Shown here piece by piece: positions 58,445 to 64,000 of a stretch of 64,000 bases of DNA. Position 1 is the stretch's first letter; every line of letters begins with the position of its first letter. Source of the stretch: an uncultured bacterium (GTDB taxonomy: Bacteria > Chloroflexota > UBA5177 > JANWHV01); contig CAWHAE010000005.1 in NCBI GenBank assembly GCA_963827235.1, positions 15,660 to 79,659 of the forward strand. Reading direction: 5' to 3'. Made by a program: the position numbers and the translations under genes. Below the pieces are notes generated by a model. It saw only the letters and a program-made list of their open reading frames with translations. It was not told the origin of the DNA and did not search any database.

Positions 58445-59008
58445 GCCCGCGTCCTCACCGCCGCCACCTCCCGCATGCTCTGCTCATCGGCCGGGGCCAA
58501 TGAGCAGACCCGGTAGCAGTATTATCCACGGTCGCGGATTTCACGGTCGCCTCCCGAACTGTATACGAGTCACTGCGCCGGCAGGCAACGCCACGGTCCG
58601 CGCTGCCGGCGCACCGCGGAGTTCAACTGCCCGGGTGATACCGTGGCAGCAGCGAGATGCTGAATTGATGTAGGGGACTCGCTCCATGATTCGCGCACAG
58701 GTACAGTTGAGCGACGATCAGGCCCGCGGTGTTATCCTCATCTATCCGACCCGTGGCCTGGAAACAGAGAGCCGGTTGGCTCTGCCTGGAGCTTTCTGGG
58801 TACCGTCCTCGCCTCCGCGTAATTTCGGGCCGACGTGTCGTTCGGCCGAGCCGACCAGCCAGACGCTCCAGAAGGACAAGGGTTGCGGCTCAGCGGAGGG
58901 CTTCGAGCCTGCCGGTTACCGGCTACGCGGCGCACCGAAAGTCCGCCGGCCGAGTGACGGCTCGTAGGAGCGCAGATAGCTGCGACCCCGCTGCCGGCGA
59001 AGCGGTGC

Positions 59009-61363
59009 TCATCCGCCTGAGCAGCTTCCGTCGGACGCTCTCAGGGTCAACTCGGAGCCCTCGGCTGCGGTCCAGGTGCGCACTCCCGGCAGAGCCGCGC
59101 GCAGCTGGGCGGCAGTGGGCGCGCTGCCGCTTGCCGTGGTCTGCGGCAGCACCACGATGCGCGGGTGGAGAAAGCGTGCCACCGCGATCGCGGAGTCCAC
59201 GTCCGCGCCCGCGGGCAGAACGAGGAGGTCCAGACAACTTCCATCGGCCGCCAGCTGCGTGGGCTCGGCGGCGATTGCCTCGCGGCTGAGCACGAGCGCC
59301 GTCAGGCGACCGATCGCGAGGCGATAGGCGACGGGAGGCGGGTCGTCGTCCACGCTGAGCGTCGCCGGCTCCAGCACGTCTACGACCACCCCGTCGCCAA
59401 AGTCGACGCGCATGCCCGCTCGAGCGCGGTATCTCTTCAAACCCGCGTCACGGAGCTCTGCCCTCCAGGAAGCGTACGCCGCGGAGGGAAAGACGGTGCC
59501 CGTGTCAAAAGCGGTGCCCACCTCGTAGAGCGAGGTCAACCCTGCCAGGCCGCCCAGGTGGCTCGCGTCGGCACGCGAGGCGAATACCGCCGAGAGGCCG
59601 CGCTGCCAGAACGGCAGGTGCCGGCCGAGCATCGCCTTCAGCGGCGACGGCAGCGCTCCACCGTCCACTATGATGGAGAGCTGGCGGCTGCCCTGGATGA
59701 ATTCGACAGTACTTCCGCCGCTGCCCGCTATCGTGAGCTGCGGCCTTTCCGGGGGACGGCTCAACACGATCGGAATCGTGATCGCCGTCACCAGGCAACC
59801 GGCCGCGAGGCCGGGCGGCACGACCTTCAGTGCTCGCATGAACGACGTCCCGCGACCAAGAGTCGGCAGGTGAGTGGCGGGCTTGCGCAGCGCAAGCGCG
59901 ATCACCAGCGCGTAGTAGCCCAGCGCAAAGGCAACCGACAGTGCCGGCGTCGCAAGCGCGGCAAGCGGCAGTGCCGAGAGCAGCCGCACGGTGTCGATGA
60001 ACACCATGAGCAGCGGAAAGACCAGGTAGGCCAGCAGATGGCCGGCCGCCGGGCTGGCAACAGCGGTGATCGCGGCCAGCCCGCCAAGGCCCATGATCGG
60101 CCCGAGAAGGGGCAGGAGCAGCCCGTTGGCCAGGGGACCGACGAGCGAGACTTGCCCGAAGCCGGCCGCCGTGATGGGAACCGTGGCAAACTGAGCGGCG
60201 AGAGTGACGGCAATGGACTCGCGAAGCACCGGTGGCAGGCGATGAAGGCGGTGCTCCAGCGGCCCGGAGAAGGCGACGATCCCAGCCGTGCCCGCGACCG
60301 AGAGCTGGAATCCCGTATCCCAGAGCAGCTCCGGCTCGCGGAACGCCATGGCGGCGGCCACGACGGACAGGCTCACCCACACGTAGCTTTGTCTGCCGAG
60401 CTGGAGAGCGGCCAGACCGAGCATCCACATCAGCGCGGCACGCAGTCCCGAGGGGGTAGCACCGCTGACCAGCGCGTAGGCCGAGACGGCGATCAGCGGG
60501 GGCAGCCAGCGCACGCGCAGAGGCAGAGTCGCCGCGCAACGGCTGAACACGCCGGCCACCAGGGCGACCTTCAGGCCGGACGTGGCCACGATGTGAATCA
60601 TGCCGGCCGCCACGAAGGCCGCCGTGAGCGTGCCGAGAGAGCGCGTCGGCGCGCCCAACAGGATGCCGGCGAGCAACGCCGCGGCATCGTGCGGCAGCAT
60701 GCCGTCGATCGCGCGCTTGATCGCGTCTCGCAGCCAGTATGCGATCACCTGCAGAGCATTGCCTCGGCCGCGCTCCTGGATCGACAGCACCGGGTAGTCC
60801 TGGGTGACGCGAATACCCAGATGAGCGAGATAGGCGCGATAGTCAAAGCCGGGTGGATTGGTCGGCAACGCCAGGCTCCCGGTCAGCGACACCAGATCGC
60901 CATATGTCACGTCCTGCTGGCCGGCGTAGTAGACGATCAGTCGCCCGTGCACGGCTACGGCCGTTGTCGCATCCTTCAGGGTGAGTGTCTCGACCTGGAC
61001 CGTGAAGCTCGTGCCTCGTCCCGCGGCCTGAGGCTCGCCGTCCACGACCCCCACCACCGTGCCCGCGCATCCAGCATAGTGCGCTACCTGATCCGGACCG
61101 TCGCGATACGAAACACTCTGATACCTGCAGGTACCCAAGGTAGCTGCCAGGCCGCTCAGGAAGAGAAGGACGGCGAGGTACCGCCGGTGCCGCAGCAGCG
61201 GCACGGCGGCAGCCAGGCCAATCGCCGCTGGAAGCACCGGTGCAAGTCCCAGGCTGCCCGCGTACATGCCGGCAAGCAGGCAGATAGAAACGGGAACGAG
61301 AGCGAGGGGATAGCGGGCGGCGAGGCTTCGAGCCGGCGGCGGGGCCCCGATCCTCGCGCTCAT
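59009..61363 (-). CDS. comEC: ComEC/Rec2 competence protein
   Basis: OB domain with NP.GFDY..YL, HIVATSGL, RAALM, GFQLS; degenerate MBL domain. Confidence 0.88.
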   Translation of the reverse strand: MSARIGAPPPARSLAARYPLALVPVSICLLAGMYAGSLGLAPVLPAAIGLAAAVPLLRHRRYLAVLLFLSGLAATLGTCRYQSVSYRDGPDQVAHYAGCAGTVVGVVDGEPQAAGRGTSFTVQVETLTLKDATTAVAVHGRLIVYYAGQQDVTYGDLVSLTGSLALPTNPPGFDYRAYLAHLGIRVTQDYPVLSIQERGRGNALQVIAYWLRDAIKRAIDGMLPHDAAALLAGILLGAPTRSLGTLTAAFVAAGMIHIVATSGLKVALVAGVFSRCAATLPLRVRWLPPLIAVSAYALVSGATPSGLRAALMWMLGLAALQLGRQSYVWVSLSVVAAAMAFREPELLWDTGFQLSVAGTAGIVAFSGPLEHRLHRLPPVLRESIAVTLAAQFATVPITAAGFGQVSLVGPLANGLLLPLLGPIMGLGGLAAITAVASPAAGHLLAYLVFPLLMVFIDTVRLLSALPLAALATPALSVAFALGYYALVIALALRKPATHLPTLGRGTSFMRALKVVPPGLAAGCLVTAITIPIVLSRPPERPQLTIAGSGGSTVEFIQGSRQLSIIVDGGALPSPLKAMLGRHLPFWQRGLSAVFASRADASHLGGLAGLTSLYEVGTAFDTGTVFPSAAYASWRAELRDAGLKRYRARAGMRVDFGDGVVVDVLEPATLSVDDDPPPVAYRLAIGRLTALVLSREAIAAEPTQLAADGSCLDLLVLPAGADVDSAIAVARFLHPRIVVLPQTTASGSAPTAAQLRAALPGVRTWTAAEGSELTLRASDGSCSGG

Positions 61364-61365
61364 GA

Positions 61366-61506
61366 TCAGCGCGGCATGGCCGCCGGCGTCGCCCACGTCG
61401 TGACGCGCGGCGCGTCCCGCCCGGCGAAGGGCTGGCTGAGCCCAATCCAGGCGATGGACCCGATGATCAGGGCGATGCCGGCAAGATCAAGCGCTCTGCG
61501 TCTCAC
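61366..61506 (-). CDS. Possible small single-TM protein upstream of comEC
   Basis: GTG after GAGGG; RRR followed by hydrophobic helix; stop 2 bp before comEC ATG. Confidence 0.3.
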   Translation of the reverse strand: MRRRALDLAGIALIIGSIAWIGLSQPFAGRDAPRVTTWATPAAMPR

Positions 61507-61749
61507 GCCCTCAAGCGTAGGCGGGCTCAGCCACCTTGCGCAAGCCGGATGGTGCACAGAGGGGCGCTCGGATGAGCTTGGACAATGTCAACCGTAAATG
61601 TACGCGTTACCTCGACACGCGGTGTCCGTCTGCTGCCATGACACCGCGGTTCCAGGCCGCGTCCCACCGAAACTCCTGCTTCTCGACGCGCCACGTCGTG
61701 GAAAAGCTGCGCCGGGTCCTGCTGCCGGTGCGGACTTCCGGTCACTCGC

Positions 61750-63414
61750 TCAAGCCGACGCGGCGGCATGCGGCAGTGCTTCCTGGAGAAATGGCAGACG
61801 TAGCCTCACCGTCGTTCCCACGCCCTCCGTACTTTCCAGCGCAACCGTGCCCCCGTGGCTTTGCGCGACGTGGCGCACACCGGCTAATCCGATCCCGTTG
61901 CCGGGAATGCTGGCCGACACGTTGCTGGCCCGGTAGTATTGCTCGAACATGTGAGGCAGGTCGGCACTGGGAATGCCAAGCCCATTGTCGGTCACCTCGA
62001 TGCTCAGCCACGACCCGTCCGGCTCCGCGGCACGGACCACCGTCACCGTCACGGGCCCGCCTTCCGGGCTGTACTTGATGGCGTTCACCACCGGGCTCGC
62101 TATGGCGCGCTCAAGGCGGTGGCGATCGACCAGAGCGACGAGGCTCTCCTCCGTGCAGCGCAGCTCCAATCGGTGTATGTCCGTGGCGTGCTGATGCTCT
62201 GCGAGCACGCCGCGTAGCAGGTCCAGAACGTCGATTGCTTCCACCGCCAGCTCCAGCGACCGCCCGGCCTGTGCCCGGGTATGGTCGAGCAAGTCATTGA
62301 TCTGCGTCATCATGCGAGCGGCGGCAGCCTCGATGATCGCGAGACCGCGGCGAAATCGATCTCTTGCCGGTTCCTCGACGTGGTGCACCTGCGGTTGCAG
62401 GAGCTGGCTCATACCGGAGATGCTGGTCAGTGGATTACGAAGGTCATGCGTCACCATGGAGAGCATGCGGTCTCGCTGCCGCTCCAGCTCCAGGAGTGGG
62501 GAGATGTCCTGCAGAACGGCGACCGCACCCGTGACCGCACCGTCGAGGTCCGGCAGCGGCGCGGCGCTGGTCAGCGCCGTCACGTCTTCGGCGGTGGAGC
62601 CGTTGCGGATGACAAGCCGGATGCTGCGCGCCGCCTCACCGTCCGCCAGAGCTCGCATGAAGGGCAATTGCTCCTGGGGTACCAGGGTGCCGTCCGGCAG
62701 CCTGAACGAGATATCCAGCTCGCGATGTGTCTTGCCTACGACGTTCGTGCCAAAGAGCGCTTCGCCGACGTGATTAACGGCGCTGACGCGCATGCCGGCA
62801 TCGTAGATGACGACGTCCTCCGGCAGTACGTCCAGGAGTCGCGGCAGCAGATCGCGCTCGGCGACCAGGTCGGCGCTGCGCTGGCGCTGCTCGGCATAGA
62901 GGCGCGCATTGTCCATCACGAGGCCGATGCGCTGGGCTACAAGCTGCAACATCTCGACGTCCTCGGCCGTGAAGGATCGCGGCTCGCTGGAATCGACGTG
63001 AAGCACGCCGAGCAGCCGATCCTGAACGATCACCGGCACGCCTGCAAGCGATCGCATGCCCTTGAGAGTCTGCGCGTTCGGCATTTCCGCGCTGCCCACA
63101 TCATCCACGACGAGGGGCCGTCTGGCAGCCGCGATGTGCCCTGCGATGCCTTGCCCGATGGGCACGATGACCTCGCCCTCCTGCATCTGCTCGGCTCCCT
63201 CTGCCAGGTAGACGACCAGGGATTGTCCGTCTTCGCTCACCAGGAGTAAGGCCGCGTTCTCCGCCGCCAGAGCTTGCGCCACGCGTGTGACCAGTTGCCT
63301 GAGCAAGTCCTGTGCAGGCAGATTGGCGAGTGCGGCATCCGTCACCGGCTCGCTGCTGAACTCTGCAACCTGTTGCGGCGAGTACACCAGTCGCAGGCTG
63401 TTGCTCCGGTGCAA
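61750..63414 (-). CDS. Cytoplasmic GAF-PAS sensor histidine kinase; start uncertain
   Basis: GAF (GQGIAG, GVLHV, FTAED), PAS, HDLRNPLT, NAIKYS, DNGLGI, GIGL. Confidence 0.9.
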   Translation of the reverse strand: MHRSNSLRLVYSPQQVAEFSSEPVTDAALANLPAQDLLRQLVTRVAQALAAENAALLLVSEDGQSLVVYLAEGAEQMQEGEVIVPIGQGIAGHIAAARRPLVVDDVGSAEMPNAQTLKGMRSLAGVPVIVQDRLLGVLHVDSSEPRSFTAEDVEMLQLVAQRIGLVMDNARLYAEQRQRSADLVAERDLLPRLLDVLPEDVVIYDAGMRVSAVNHVGEALFGTNVVGKTHRELDISFRLPDGTLVPQEQLPFMRALADGEAARSIRLVIRNGSTAEDVTALTSAAPLPDLDGAVTGAVAVLQDISPLLELERQRDRMLSMVTHDLRNPLTSISGMSQLLQPQVHHVEEPARDRFRRGLAIIEAAAARMMTQINDLLDHTRAQAGRSLELAVEAIDVLDLLRGVLAEHQHATDIHRLELRCTEESLVALVDRHRLERAIASPVVNAIKYSPEGGPVTVTVVRAAEPDGSWLSIEVTDNGLGIPSADLPHMFEQYYRASNVSASIPGNGIGLAGVRHVAQSHGGTVALESTEGVGTTVRLRLPFLQEALPHAAASA

Positions 63415-63718
63415 CGACTATCAGTTGACGGAATGCCAATGTGCGAAGCAACAGACAGGATCACGGCGACTTTGGCCGTTAGGCCCTGCCACGATCCCCA
63501 CGGGTCGCGCTTCGGCAAACAGAAGTGGTGACGTACAGCTTCGAAAGGGCCGTTGGTCAGTCGCCCCGGCCGGTCACGCCGGGGCTGCCTCGACGACCGC
63601 GGTACGGCAGAGCAAGACAGGTAGGCGATCCGGCCAAGCCAACGGCGGCAAGCTGAGCGGCCTGGTCGGTACGGATGAAGTGGTGCGTGCAACATCGCTC
63701 CTCGCCTTGCGCCTATTC

Positions 63719-64000
63719 TAGTGGGTCACTTGTCATGGTTCTAGCCATTGCGTCAGGCCGCGCTCTGCCGCGGTAGTGGCAGCCAGGTCTCTGCCCCGGA
63801 GCCGCCGAGGGCATGCCGCCGCGTCCGCGCGCGGGCCCTGGCGCGCAGGCGGCGGGCGTGCCGCTTACCGCCCCAGACGAACGGGGTAGGCTGCCGATTC
63901 CAGCCGCGGGCGGTGGCCTCCAACCACCCGATGATCTCCGCCGGGGTCTGCGGATGCTGCCCGGTGAGTGCCCGCCGGATCAGGATGCGCTGGACGGACT
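63719..64000 (-). mobile_element. IS630-family element, right end (partial)
   Basis: Minus-strand frame [39 protein letters not shown]...HALGGSGA, stop at 63753; end TA-GTGGGTCACTTG consistent with a TA target. Confidence 0.7.

Noticed and set aside
59165-61597. Long antisense ORFs (also 47157..48905, 38997..40715, 32477..33976, 23019..24719, 15203..17014)
   Set aside because: Shadow frames opposite well-supported genes, expected in high-GC DNA; no recognisable motifs
63721-63738. Fourth copy of the GTGAC-W4-GTCAC operator
   Set aside because: Poor left half-site and coincides with the IS630 terminal repeat
1-64000. CRISPR array or cas genes
   Set aside because: No regularly spaced 23-47 bp repeats and no cas-like ORFs seen by eye

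Overview
High-GC bacterial chromosome segment. The host is probably Chloroflexota, inferred from a Chloroflexota-type C-terminal repeat in a secreted protein and from the TPR, vWA and IS630 protein types. The left ~17 kb looks like a hypoxia/nitrate-respiration module: FAD oxidoreductase, transketolase, HMA chaperone plus P1B-ATPase with FNR-like boxes, USP, AhpD/CMD plus a decayed copy, PNPOx-like protein, and an actinobacterial-type narGHJI followed by a TDT/SLAC1-family channel gene. It carries three copies of a GTGAC-W4-GTCAC palindrome and ends at tRNA-Gly(CCC), next to three direct repeats resembling integrase arm sites. The rest is mostly core genome: LCP/UPF0104/UbiA envelope genes, YdjM hydrolase, S9 peptidase, PrsA-like PPIase, a five-gene vWA-FHA-PP2C-twin zinc-ribbon operon, miaB, a Rieske/cytochrome b complex with a diheme subunit-IV fusion, lon, a probable 6S RNA, HNH, AKR, btuFCD and cobSCQUT (each behind a cobalamin riboswitch), a complete ISKra4/ISLre2-like IS with a 9-bp TSD, yigZ, a secreted double beta-propeller protein, rph, comEC, a GAF-PAS histidine kinase and the end of an IS630. 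narG/narH carry many indels, and tkt, LCP, btuF and btuC a few; these look like consensus errors. No CRISPR array was seen. All calls come from motif recognition by eye; no database search was run.
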